Shown: in pieces, positions 10,637 through 30,885 of the stretch
Layout of the letters: each line of letters opens with the position of its first letter
How positions within the stretch are numbered: the first letter of the stretch is position 1
Assembly (NCBI GenBank): GCA_020137815.1
Contig: CM035351.1
Location: 6,572,001-6,636,000, forward strand
Direction of reading: 5' to 3'
From: Hormiphora californensis
Taxonomy: Eukaryota > Animalia > Ctenophora
Length of the DNA stretch: 64,000 nucleotides
The notes under the pieces: model-generated
Told to the model about the DNA's origin: nothing
The model's database searches: none
Seen by the model: only the letters and a program-made list of their open reading frames with translations
Position numbers and translations under genes: made by a program

Positions 10637-12617
10637 ATGACACAGAGTGAAGATAATGAAACACGGACATGTCTGGACCTAGCCTTCTCAACAGACCGTT
10701 ACCTGGAACCGTGTATTATAGACACAATATGTGATCTATGTTCAATACAACCACCCTCCCTTCTATCTCCCTACACCTCGTGTTCCCCATCCCTCCAGCC
10801 AGTGCTGCAACTCAGACTGGCTGGTATTTCTCCACCACCCTGTATCAACCACCTGCTACCTCATCTAAACACCCATCCTGTGGAAACACTGCGTGTTCTG
10901 TGCAAGTACCGGCCTACTACTCAGGATGAGATTATATCCCTCAGTTCTACAACTCTGCACCTGGCAACATCTCCCAGTCTCTACGTGACAGAAGCCCTGG
11001 CGTCCCTCCAAGCTTGTCTGGCAGTACAACATCCTAAAATAATTGTTGAAATAATGAAGATACCATCCCGGTTTGTTATATCGTTCCTAGCAGCACTGTT
11101 TCGTGCTGGAGAGAAGGAACGAGCAGCCTCCCTGGCTGATCTCACCTCACAGGACATGAGGTTATGTGAGGTTGGTGGGTACAAGTTACTGCAGAGGTAC
11201 AGGGCAGGCGAGGTAGTGAAACAGAACCACACGGAAAGGTTCTGGAAGGAGTGCTATAGAAACCTGGGGAACATATGTAACTCTACCGACATACCCCTTA
11301 TCATCTCTACACTGTGTCAGGCTGAGAATTTTGAGCTACTTTCGAGTTTCTTATCAGCTGTCAAACTGTCTCGTGTTGATGCTGTTACTACTACTCTACA
11401 GGAGAACTTTTCAGCAGGGAGTTTAATGAAACAACTCATGGATGGTGTTTATAACTCAGGAGAGGCTCAACTGGCTGCTATATCTGTTTTATCATGTCTT
11501 GCTAGGGAGGGTATCTTATCAAGGAAGGATGTAAGGGAGAGGGCATGTCCTCATAAAGACACGTGCGACTGTTTCATGAAGACTCTCCTAACATTCCTGT
11601 CAGAGTGTCATCCTGATACCCTTCACAGAATTCTCTCCTCCTGTGGGACAGCCATCTTTAATGATTCCTCCTCCTCGATTCTGTTGAGTAAATCCCTTTT
11701 ACATCGACTCCATCACACTGATTGTAGGGTCAGGGAGGTGGTGTTAGAGGTGCTGTCTACCTCCAAGTTGGTCAATGAGGATGTTATTACTAGAGTTGTG
11801 GAGTTGGCTGGGTCAGATGATAGCTTCTATGCGAGAGAATCCTGTTTCAGGGTTCTCGAGGTACAGGGAGTAAGTGGATTGGAAGGGTTTATAGGTAGGG
11901 ATAACATCGTCAAGTCTCTACTGAGGCTGGCTAAATGTACAGAGGGGCAAGACTCTCTTGTAGCAATTGCTTTCTTTTCATTTCTCACCACTCATTTCGA
12001 CATCCTATTGTCAGAGATTATGAAGGAGCAGTGTTCTACAAGCCTCTTGTCTACTTCAAATGGCTCCATACACAACCCTTCAAATGGCTCCCTTCACAAC
12101 CCTTCAAATGGTGCAGTTCACCAACTGAAATTGGACAGCAACCCACTTGATGTGGACAGTATAATTGACAGTGTTGTTAATGTGGGTGATTGTCACGATG
12201 TCCCTCTGATACGGGGTGGCGCAGAAAAACCAGCACACCACCAGGAGGAGACATCAACAACAGCATCAGAATTAGAGAGGGAGTTGGTGTTGCTCCTTCT
12301 TGACATAGCAACATGTGATAGATGTGATATGGAGCGGTTAGTACAGGGTACCAAGTTTATTGTTCGTGTACTAGAGGACGTCAGTGATCAGAAACATATC
12401 CTAGAATTCCTGGAGACATCCTTCTTCCCTTTACTCCAAGACCTAGAGAGTCCAGCATTGTGTGGGGTTCTAGGAGAGTTGAACAGGGTTATTGGAAGGG
12501 ACATGTTTGTACTTCACACCAAGTCTCGTGATCAGGAAGCAAGGGAGAGATTAGAGACTGTAATGCAGTATCTCAACTCTGATCCTAGCCATTACTGTAC
12601 CCATGGATTGTTATTGA
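10637..12617 (+). CDS. BRAT1: BRAT1-like HEAT/ARM repeat protein, single coding exon
   Basis: RLHHTDCRVREVVLEVL...SDDSFYARESC resembles BRAT1 RLCHPCWEVRDSALEFL...DPESYVRASA. Removing one extra C near 12590 gives the conserved C-terminal ...MDCY-stop at 12603-12617. Confidence 0.75.
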
Positions 12618-12751
12618 GATATGTTACACTCATTTTATTTTGTTTATTTGAACTTTTTTAACTCAAATTTTAACATTTTTAACGACATCTGAGTGCTCCT
12701 ATATGTCTGCTAGCTAACTACCCACCCAACACTACTCCTTCTCCCCAGGGC

Positions 12752-13467
12752 ATGGCTCACCATGTAGGATGCCTACTGGGAGTACCACCGTATTGTGGGC
12801 GATGACGTTGGTGATGATGTCATGACACCAGAACAATTCGAGGAGTACAAACGCACTGTTGTCCCTGAGCGAATGAAAAACAGGCTGTATTTGAGTTGGA
12901 GGGTGACTGCCTAATGCCCCAGTTGACTGTGAGCTGATAGGACCGGAGACGAACTGTCACTGCCAGCACCGGTACAGACAACACAACTCTGATAACCCTG
13001 AGAAGAAGACAAGCTGTAAGAAGTGCAGGTGTAAGGCGTTCAGGTATGTGCCTCGGAACACGCGGTGTAAATGTAAACACCTGACAACTGAGCATGGGGT
13101 CCAGGGCGGGTGTGGCAGGTGTGCTTGTACTGACATGAGAGTCACCTGGACCTGTCCGTGTGGGGTGGCGGCACACGCTCACTCCACTTTTGTAGAGACG
13201 AGGGAAGAGAGGGAGACGGCTGGGAAGCCTACTGGTGAGGATGTACCATATGCTGCAATGGGAGGGATTACTGGGTTTAGTTCTCTTGCTCCTGGGTATA
13301 TGAGGATGGACCCCAGTGGAGCTCTGGGGGATTGTGTGGAGTTGGAGGGGAGTTTGGCGGCTCCAAATATCCCACGGGCCATAGGCGGGGTGGAGCGGAG
13401 GGGACAGTCTAGTAGAGGTTTTAGAGGGGCGCCCAGGTTGAGAGGAAGAGGAGGCGAACGTCGGTAA
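12752..13467 (+). CDS. FAM221A: FAM221A (DUF4475) homolog; several 1-bp indels in the 5' half
   Basis: DAYWEYHRIVGDD..MTPEQFEEYKRTVVPERMKNRLYLSW, DCELIGPET.CHCQHRYRQH and ETREERETAGKPTGEDVPYAAMGGITGFSSLAPGYMRMDPSG are characteristic of FAM221A. Confidence 0.85.
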
Positions 13468-13878
13468 ACTCCAAATGTCAGTAAAAAAAGAATTATTTGT
13501 ACTTCCACAATATTTATTCAGCCAGATATAAATCAGCAGAAACATTCTATATTTGTCAGTAATTTTATGTGAATACCTGTAAATATCCCAAATACAATAT
13601 TAATTTATTTTTAGTCAACACTCTGTTTCGTCTTTCTAGCCCTAACTTGTTGATGTTACACTGCATACTGTTGCTACATCCCCCACTTGACACCGACTGG
13701 TTACCTCTAACACCCAACACTGACACGATCTAATAGGAGCTACCTCTACGTCTAACACCCTGAACACTGATAGGATGAGACAGGTTCTAACTTCTACCAA
13801 ACACCAGATGTAGACATAACACTGATCTAATAGGTTCTACTATTTACCTCTACCTCTAACACCCTGAACACTAATAGG

Positions 13879-15057
13879 ATGAGCCTGGTTCGTGGGGGCG
13901 GTGTGGCATTACGCCGGTTAGCCACAACAGCAGCCATTCATCCCACCACCTCCCCCTCCTCCACCCCTCCCACTATGGGCAGGTTGAGGGAGTGTGCGGG
14001 GACTCACAACATAGTGGGGGACCTGGTGTCTAGTCTGATGTCAGATAACCATCATCTATCATCCTCAGCTACACACCTTTTCAAAGGTACATGTAGTTAG
14101 AGTGCTATAAAATCTCCTATTAGATTAGATATACCCCCTCCCGATCCCCCCTCTCTCTATCCTTATCTCAAGCGCCCCATTAACACACCTCTTCCTTCTT
14201 CAGGGGGAGGAAAGTACTTCAGACCAACTTCTGTAACCCTAATGGGCCACTGTTGTAACCATGGTTCCCCGAGTACCAGCAGCAATCAGCGCCAGATCGC
14301 CCTCATTTCAGAGTTGATTCACGTTGCTAGTCTGGTACATGATGATGTGTTGGACAGCGCTTATACCAGGAGGTCCCTGGCCACTGTTAACGCCCTGTAT
14401 AACGAGAGGGTTGCTATTCTGGCGGGAGATTTCATTATCGCCCGGGCAACCAGTAAACTCGCTCAGTTGGGGTGCCCAGAGACAATTACAATTCTATCCA
14501 GTGTTATCCGGGATCTGATAAAGGGTGAGATCCTACAACTACACAGCTCCTCCCCTTCCTCTCCAGCTGACCTGTTCGGGGTTTACATCGAGAAGACCTA
14601 CCTAAAAACAGCTAGTTTAATATCGCACAGCTGCCAGGCTGTAGCACTGAACAGTTCCCGGCCACACCTCCAAAATGCTGCCTTTAGCTATGGTAAAAAT
14701 CTCGGTATTGCTTTTCAGCTGGTGGATGACATGTTAGATTTTGTGGCCAGTTCTACTGAAATGGGGAAGGCAGCCTCTGGATCTGATCTGAAGCTAGGTC
14801 TTGCTACAGCTCCTGTGTTATACGCAGCACGAGAGTTCCCCCAACTAAACGACATGATATTGAGAGGGTTCAGTAGGGAGGGGGATGCGGAGGAGGCGTT
14901 CCAACTAGTGGGACGAAGTGAAGGAGTTGAACTGACCAGGCAGTTAGCTGAGCGGTACTGTGCTGGAGCTATCAGGGATCTGGAGGTGATGCCGGAGTGC
15001 GAGGAGAGAGATGCCTTGTCGAGTTTGTGCGATCTGGTACTAAACAGGACTAATTAG
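13879..15057 (+). CDS. PDSS1: Decaprenyl-diphosphate synthase subunit 1 (trans-prenyltransferase), 2 exons
   Basis: GGKYFRP, ELIHVASLVHDDVLD..TRR, KTYLKTASL, GIAFQLVDDMLDF, DLKLGLATAPVLYA; N-terminal mitochondrial-type leader. Confidence 0.92.
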
Positions 15058-15314
15058 AATTTAATTAACTTAACTTAACTTATTATTACATCCCTCATTA
15101 GTAGTTACCGTGGCCTGTACTATGTGTGATTTGAGGCTTTTTGTACCGTTTTTTATCTGCCATTTGATCATTGTCGTAGCAGTGAAAAAATCACAATTGT
15201 ATTGAAGTTTAGCAACTACATCAATAACTCATCCCTCTTTACCTACCTAGCAATGAATATAGTGGGGTAAAGTAGGTACAGGAAGAAGAAGAAAAGAGGA
15301 GGGCTGCTCAGCCA

Positions 15315-22212
<6,898 letters not shown>

Positions 22213-22926
22213 TCGCACAAAAACATTGTAGATAGAGGGCGATTATTTTATATTGATTTATTTCTGTTAAAGGCTACACCCGACAAGCTTACTGTTGTTA
22301 TTGTAAGGTTGATTTGACAAAGTGAGATTAGGTTAGAAGACAAATGTTGGAAAAGGGAGGCTGAGAGAGAAATTGTATATTCAGAGGCCTATGTGTATGT
22401 TTTTAGAGATAACTTTCGTTCGAAATATATAGCAGAAAACATATTTTAAACAACTTGGGTGCAAGGTCTTCTAAATTTCGACAGTCTACTGTGAAGAAGG
22501 GTGGCCATTGTTATTTGATCGTCCCGGTCCTCTCCCAATAAATAATTTGCTGTCGGCCCGATGTGAGAGCCGACAGACTGGGAACATGTCAAATCTAAGC
22601 ACACTGTCGAGTGTCGACGACGCCTGACAGATAATATGAGAAAATCTTGCACCCAACAAACTGAGTAAAACGCGACCAGTTTATAATGGTTTGAAGAATA
22701 GTGGTGACCCAATACAACAATATATATTATGGCGATTTAAAACTGCACCAGCAGCACATATACAAACTTTTCTGCCCAACTCTCTCGTTCACTTGATTGG
22801 CCCCGAGACTAGCCCGGATATATCCTATCCAAAACAAGAATCGGGGCCAAGTGATCTCTCTCGTTCTCAGAAACCAGTCCTTCGATAAAAAACGAAACAC
22901 ACGTCACCATTTCACATTCACCCTCT

Positions 22927-23320
22927 TTAGCTCTTCTTGGCCTTGGAAGCAAGGGCCTCGTATTTGGAGTGAGACGAGTGCCAAGTGAGAAAGGGAATGA
23001 GGAGGACGGGGGTGCACAGTCCAACAAAGATCAGCCAGTCAACCTGAAACAAAAGGAGTGTCATGATGTGTGCTGACAAGCTCTCCAGAACACACGTCAA
23101 GATTGGACGTGGCAGATGCGCGCACCGCGCTCCCTTCACTCAGACAGCCCACAAGCCAGACCTCGCGCGCTACATCCACAACACAGGGGGACGTCAGCAC
23201 AGTGGTGCACTGTGGGACAATTGTCACCGTGACGTCACGAGACTATTGAGGGATCAGAGCTACTCACCAGATGGGGGCTGTGTTTCCTGTTGTACTCAGC
23301 AATGGAGAGGATGGGGTTGT
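22927..23320 (-). pseudogene. Duplicated SSR2 3' fragment (partial exon 3 and exon 4)
   Basis: VDWLIFVGLCTPVLLIPFLTWHSSHSKYEALASKAKKS-stop identical to 25410-25526; exon 3 copy has lost its acceptor at the junction. Confidence 0.8.
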
Positions 23321-23500
23321 CCGCTTTTAGATATAGAGTCCGCCTTGAATTTAGATAAAGAGTCCGTTAGCACTAGAGTCCGCCCACCGTTAAAAAGGAA
23401 GACACATTCTATACACACAATCATTCCACATTGATATTTGATACACACACATTTTACATTGATACACGGAAATCAGGGTAATTAATCTTTACATTTCGCA

Positions 23501-24694
<1,194 letters not shown>

Positions 24695-25409
24695 TCGCAC
24701 AAAGACATTGTAGATAGAGGGCGATTATTTTATATTGATTTATTTCTGTTAAAGGCTACACCCGACAAGCTTACTGTTGTTATTGTAAGGTTGATTTGAC
24801 AAAGTGAGATTAGGTTAGAAGACAAATGTTGGAAAAGGGAGGCTGAGAGAGAAATTGTATATTCAGAGGCCTATGTGTATGTTTTTAGAGATAACTTTCG
24901 TTCGAAATATATAGCAGAAAACGTGTTTTAAACAACTTGGGTGCAGGGTCTTCTAAATTTCGACAGTCTACTGTGAAGAAGGGTGGCCATTGTTATTTGA
25001 TCGTCCAAGTCTATGTCCTCTCCCAATAAATAATTTGCTGTCGGCCCGATGTGAGAGCCGACAGACTGGGAACAAATCTAAGCACACTGTCGAGTGTCGA
25101 CGACGCCTGATAGATAATATGAGAAAATCTTGCACCCAACAAACTGAGTAAAACTCGAACAATTTATAACGGTTTGAAGAATAGTGGTGACCCAATACAA
25201 CAATATATATTATGGCGATTTAAAACTGCACCAGCAGCACATATACAAACTTTTCTGCCCAACTCTCTCGTTCACTTGATTGGCCCCGAGACTAGCCCGG
25301 ATATATCCTATCCAAAACAAGAATCGGGGCCAAGTGATCTCTCTCGTTCTCAGAAACCAGTCCTTCGATAAAAAACGAAACACACGTCACCATTTCACAT
25401 TCACCCTCT

Positions 25410-27173
25410 TTAGCTCTTCTTGGCCTTGGAAGCAAGGGCCTCGTATTTGGAGTGAGACGAGTGCCAAGTGAGAAAGGGAATGAGGAGGACGGGGGTGCAC
25501 AGTCCAACAAAGATCAGCCAGTCAACCTGAAATAAAGGAGTGTCATGATGTGTGCTGACAAGCTCTCCAGAACACACGTCAAGATTGGACGTGGCAGATG
25601 CGCGCGCCGCGCTCCCTTCACTCAGACAGCCCACAAGCCAGACCTCGCGCGCTACATCCACAACACAGGGGGACGTCAGCACAGTGGTGGACAGTGGGAC
25701 AATTGTCACAGAGTGACGTCACGAGACTATTGAGGGATCAGAGCTACTCACCAGATGGGGGCTGTGTTTCCTGTTGTACTCAGCAATGGAGAGGATGGGG
25801 TTGTTATCAAGGAAACTGGAGAATGTAACCTGAAACAAAACAATTTTCAGATTAATTTGGCCACTGTTAATTGTTATACCTAACCAGACTATTATAAGTT
25901 GGTGAAACTTGATGAATAACACTCGATCTTCAAAATTTTATACCCCCTTACCAGATCTTCGCCGTTGGAGTTCTTGTAGTTAACCATAGCGGGGATGAAG
26001 TTGTGGGCACCAGCAATCTTGGGCAGCAGAACAACAGCATGGGAGACATTGGTTCCGGCAGGGATCTGGTCAAAAGATGCCTGGAGGGATCCGGAGATAA
26101 CCTCAAACTCAGCAGCAGGGAATCCGTGGCTATCGTCCAGCTGAAAGAGGGGTTAGTTGATATCCTGTATACCGCAAACAGCAAACTTTGAAGTAACTAA
26201 ACCACTGATGGGGCCCTATTAGGGGAAACTCTAACTGAATGGCATCCCATTAATGGGATCCCATCAACAGTAAAACTCTAACTGATAATGGACCACAGTG
26301 ATGGTTCTTTCTCTGTATTCTCTCTGTAGGCAGTACATCTATGTATTGCCTACAGAGAGAATACAGAGAAAGAACTATAGGGCATGCCCAGGCACGGGCG
26401 CGCACACAGAGAGAATACAGAGAAAGAACCATCAATGTGTTCCATTATCAGTTAGAGTTTTACTGTTGATGGGATCCCATTAATGGGATGCCATTCAGTT
26501 AGAGTATCCCCTTAGAGAGGGTTAGACAGGATAAATATATCTCACACCACATTTTATTTCATAAAATACAATGAGGGTTCGCCAGAGAAAAGCAAACATA
26601 ACCAACACCTTGTATCTCGCTTGGACCCACTCGATCACACTCTCTCTCTCTTACCTTAACATCGTAGTGGAGATGAGGTAAAGAAGTGACGACACACGGA
26701 TTTTAGGAAAGTACTTTCGTAGATAAAGTCTACATCATCAGTCCTCAAATTAATTTGTTTAAAGTAGTGTTGAAAAGTTTGAAAACACTACTTTTCAACA
26801 CTACTTTAAACAAATTAATTTGAGGACTGATGATGTAGACTTTATCTACGAAAGTACTTTCCTAAAATCCGTGTGTCGTCACTTCTTTACCTCATCTCCA
26901 CTACCTTGTTTCTACCGAACCCCGGGGTAATGGACGACCGGATCTAAATTATGATGGCACACCGACTAGGAGGGAAGCCCCTGCACCCAACCCTTGTCTT
27001 CTTACCTTTACATCAGTGGCCGCCTCAGATCCAATGTTATGGATGACATAGTGCATTGTGAGGTGTTTGTCCTGTGCAATAACGTCATTGAGGAAGTCCT
27101 TGGAGGCCAGCAGGATGGGGCTCTCCTGGGCAGAGGCAGCCGCCACCAGCACCATAAGGGCAATCACAATCAT
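25410..27173 (-). CDS. SSR2: Translocon-associated protein beta (TRAP-beta), 4 exons: 27173-27006, 26140-25952, 25829-25752, 25526-25410
   Basis: Signal peptide, LLASKDFLN..YVIHNIGSEAATDV, GFPAAEFEVISGSL..IPAGTNVSHAVVL, EYNRKHSPHLVDW, C-terminal TM segment. Confidence 0.93.
26222..26511. mobile_element. PIF/Harbinger (Tourist-like) palindromic MITE in an SSR2 intron
   Basis: TIR GGGGAAACTCTAACTGAATGGCATCCC; 3-bp TSD TTA (26219-26221, 26512-26514). Confidence 0.85.
26667..26901. mobile_element. Near-perfect palindromic MITE (about 105-bp arms) in an SSR2 intron
   Basis: GTGGAGATGAGGTAAAGAAGTGACG... and its reverse complement, flanked by TA on both sides. Confidence 0.8.
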
Positions 27174-28466
27174 GTTTGGGATTCCTAGAACAGAAATTAG
27201 TGGTTAGCCCGACCTGAGTTTTGATTTCTTCTAGTGTAGGCGTGAGATAGAAACGTCCAATAGTTTGTGTCAAACAAGCGTTTACAATACGAGCATCATA
27301 TTCCAAATATTTTAGCTCTCGGATGTAATTTTGTGTACGAAAGAGTTGAAATTCGTCGGCATTTTGTACACCGTTGGAAAAAACTGGAAGGCGCTGACAG
27401 GGCGATTGGTAGGGCCAAGGGTGTAGCCCAATTAGAGGATACACACACAAAAATATAAATGCTTACTGAAATGGTACGAGCCACGATAGCAAAGAGTTGA
27501 CCTACGATATTGTCTCAACCCGTAGGCCGTTTAAAGGGCAAAAGCTTTAGAAACTCGAGTGAAATTAGAAATAAGAAGCACCCACCAGATTCTTGAAAGC
27601 ATACAGCTAAAAGCTGAAACTACAATTAGATTGTACATCTATTGAAGGCGGCAGGAAATGTATCAAGGGATGAGGGTTAGAAATCAGCAGGTTAAAATTG
27701 AACTTGGTCAGCGGGATGGTGTCATCATCATCATAAAAATATTATTCCGCTCAGCCCAAACAAACCAATAAATTGGGCCTGCCGTGGACGGAGCTGGCTG
27801 CTGGGTCTCCGGCAAGGGATGGCCGATATTCTCAGCGTGCGTGAACCCCCCACTCTCCGTAAGGAGGGCCATGTGACGAAGTCTTAGCGGCGGTCGGGCG
27901 CGATTATAATCTGGATGCAGCCTATTAACAGGTGCGCGCTAGCAAAAAGAGTACACTTTTATTTTCAAGGCCGACTTTTTTCAAACGGCTATAGCCACGC
28001 AACCACATGGCCAATTTCAGTAAACTAAACGGTATCTGATAGAGAATCGATAGCACTAACCGATAACCCCAAACAAAACCCTAACCAGACCCTAACAACA
28101 GCCCTGACCAGTCTCCACCGCCATATATATAAGAGGCAGAGTCCCGCTTGGTGACATAGACACCGTGCGCGACCAAGATTGAGCTCACACACAGGTGTCT
28201 GCTCCGCCTCAAAAAGGGTCGTTTCTTTCAAGGGATGTTGCACGCGATCCACTGGACCGATTTGCATCCGGTTTGTCGCAAAAGACTACAAATGATCCTA
28301 ATATACTGGAAAATACCCGAGAAGATTGTCTGTCAACAGGAAGTGGGTCAAAATTGACACTGAAGTCAAATCTATAATCTGGCTTCCGAGAGTTTCTGCG
28401 CTACGCCCATGCGATTTAGAAGATATTGGGAGATATGTTGATGCAATTAGCGGGTAATTTCCAGTA

Positions 28467-29412
28467 GGGTAAACCGGGGCAAAATGGTTAACTTTTTACT
28501 TAATCGGTTCTCACTCCCATTTAAAAAAAGATACAATGAAAAAAATTATATAGGATTAAAGTTCATTATTTTATCTTTCAAATAAGATAAATTTCAACTC
28601 TAGGGACCATCATTCCGCCTGGTGTTGTTATAGGTGGGGGCAATTCGAACAATGTAGTCTACACGCAATCTACACGCTGGTCGTTCTTGTTCGAATTGCC
28701 CCGGTATCACGCGTGATCACGTGGTACAAAGAACTGCCCATCATTGGCCCGGGTGTTAACCAAATTGCCCCGGTTCGAATTGCCCCGGTTGTCCCAGTGG
28801 CATGAGTTATAAAATCTGCCGGAAATGTCTAAAATTTTATATCCGGTTTCTGCCGTTTTTTCTGCCGAAAATCGAAAATTCACTTGATATATACCTGATT
28901 TCAATGTCGTTTTTACTCGCGTTGCCATTGCGCGTTTTTTTAGCGCCAGGAACCCTATTTTAAAGGTCTCGCCGCTTACATAAAGTGTCTGAAAGCTATT
29001 TAAACTGAGAATTCAAAAAAATTGTTAAAAATTACATTTGGTTCCCTGCCGGTTTTATAACTCTGCCGGTCCAAACCGGATTGGAAGATTTGAACTTTTA
29101 TGCCACTGGGCCGGTTGTTCGAATTGCCCCGGTAATCTTAATTTACCAGAATTTGGAATGAAAACATGCGAATATTTAAATAATTTTTATACCATCTGAA
29201 AGCTGATATTATTAGCTTTCAGCTGGTTTTTTCAAATCGGAAATTGACGAACTTAAACCGGATCTAGAGCCTATTTAGTGGTAACGGGCAGGCTCGAACG
29301 AGCAGTTTTCTTCTGGAGATAGGATGACGTCATTATGATAGCTTAACTAGGTGAGAGACGGGCAGTACATTGTTCGAATTGCCCCGGTTGTTCGAATTGC
29401 CCCGGTTTACCC
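28467..29412. mobile_element. Tc1/mariner/pogo-type MITE
   Basis: TIR GGGTAAACCGGGGCAA; TA TSD inside the palindromic target agTAct; many internal TTCGAATTGCCCCGG motifs. Confidence 0.88.
28793..29110. mobile_element. MITE with CCCAG ends and 8-bp TSD, nested in the pogo-type MITE
   Basis: TIR CCCAGTGGCAT/ATGCCACTGGG; TSD CCGGTTGT (28785-28792, 29111-29118). Confidence 0.88.
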
Positions 29413-29960
29413 TACTCACAAGAGTTCAACCTATCTTCTGATACCCTCAGATTCATTCTTAACCGTCTGGGAGTGGTGCAAAAAGGCTCGGAAGCCAGAT
29501 TATAGATTTGACTTCAGTGTCAATTTTGACCCACTTCCTGTTGACAGACAAACTTCTCGGGTATTTTCCAGTAAACTAGGACCAATTTGCAGTCTCATGA
29601 AACAAGCGGGATGTAAATCGGTCCAGTGGATCACGTGCAATTTGGCTTGAAAGACACGACCCTTTTTTAGGGGGCGGAGCGGACACCTATGTGCGAGCTC
29701 GATCTCGCACGCTCGGGCGCCGTTAGGATCTGGGTGTTTGGAGGCCTGTTTACAGGTGTGCGCTGCCAAAAAAGTTGATTCACTAAAATGGCTCTAACCG
29801 CCAAACCACTCAACCGTTTTGGCTGATTCAAAGTTTATCTGGTAGGGAATGTCAAGGCCTAACCCCAACCCAAACCCTAACCCTACTTTAGCCCTAACCC
29901 TAAAAAAACCGTTTGTCAGCACTTCCAAAACACCCAGATTTTAACGCTGGCCCGCACGCT

Positions 29961-30118
29961 CTATACTCCATTTTTTTTCAACTGTTCACCCCCCAAAGTC
30001 GTGCGCGGAATTGTTTTGCGCGTTTATCACATGTTAACGTGTAGCGCGCGCCACCCAAATTAAAATATCGCACGCGCAAAAATTGGAGGGTGAACAGTTG
30101 AATAAAAATGGACTTTAG
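29961..30118. mobile_element. Small MITE-like inverted repeat
   Basis: CTATACTCCATTTTTTTTCAACTGTTCACCC ... GGGTGAACAGTTGAATAAAAATGGACTTTAG. Confidence 0.65.
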
Positions 30119-30147
30119 GTGTCAATGTCACCAAGAGTCCCGCAACC

Positions 30148-30470
30148 AGTTGGCAAACGGTGCTGGCCCCCGCAGCGCGGGACAAGGCAGCCAGCAGCGC
30201 TTTTCAACGCTTTTCAAAGCCTGCTCCTGAAAACTGTGAAAATGAAAATTGAAACCTTCGAAGTTTTGGAATTTTGCAAAAACGCGCGCGCATAATCTCC
30301 AGCTCAGTCGAATAATTTTCGCGTGTTACATTCAAATTAAATATTTGCAACGCTGTGTAGGCCGAATGTTCATATTCCAAAAAAATCTCGCGGGTATTTT
30401 TAAATTCTTTTACCAAGATTGAAAAGCGCTGCCTTATCCCGCGCTGCCAGCAACGTTTGCCAATTACCAA
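30148..30470. promoter_or_regulatory. Outward-facing pair of the TTGAAAAGCGCTGCCTT(A/G)TCCCGCG..TTTGCCA motif; putative bidirectional promoter
   Basis: Motif on - at about 30150-30217 and on + at 30419-30463, with a CGCG-rich core; lies between divergent SSR2 and the PH-SH2 gene. Confidence 0.45.
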
Positions 30471-30885
30471 GATATTTTTTATTATTATTGGCTGGTGGCT
30501 GGTGAAGGATTGTCTAGAGGAGTTGGCGCCTGCTTTAACGACTATTATTAACAAGTCATTATGTAGAGCTTCAGTACTTTCATCAACTACAACGTAAAAC
30601 TATTTATTGAGCATATTTCTATTCTATTCTATCAGCAGCATGCCCATTTTAACCTAATCTAACTACCTTTTCATTGAAAACCATCACAAACAGACTATCT
30701 TTTAATGTTCAGAACAATCCGAGTACCAGTTCTTTAGCACGCAAGAAGGTGCAATATTACATGTTATATTGTAATATCAGAGATAATAAATAAATAAATA
30801 AATTTATTGAGCAGGTAGATATGTCACAGTGATCGCCCAGGAGGGCAGGCAACTTTCTACCTACTGTGGTGATAACAGAAAAGCT

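Larger units (their letters stand above)
27896..29952. mobile_element. Longer MULE-like non-autonomous element related to the 5504 family, with long subterminal inverted repeats
   Basis: Starts GGGCGCGATTATAATCTGG, ends CACCCAGATTTTAACGCTGGCC; about 28180-28390 is inverted at about 29488-29700; no TSD found. Confidence 0.7.

Noticed and set aside
12752-13467. Calling FAM221A, BRAT1, SLC35G, TMED2 or NEDD4 pseudogenes
   Set aside because: Peptide conservation on both sides of isolated indels, repeated across many genes, points to sequencing error.
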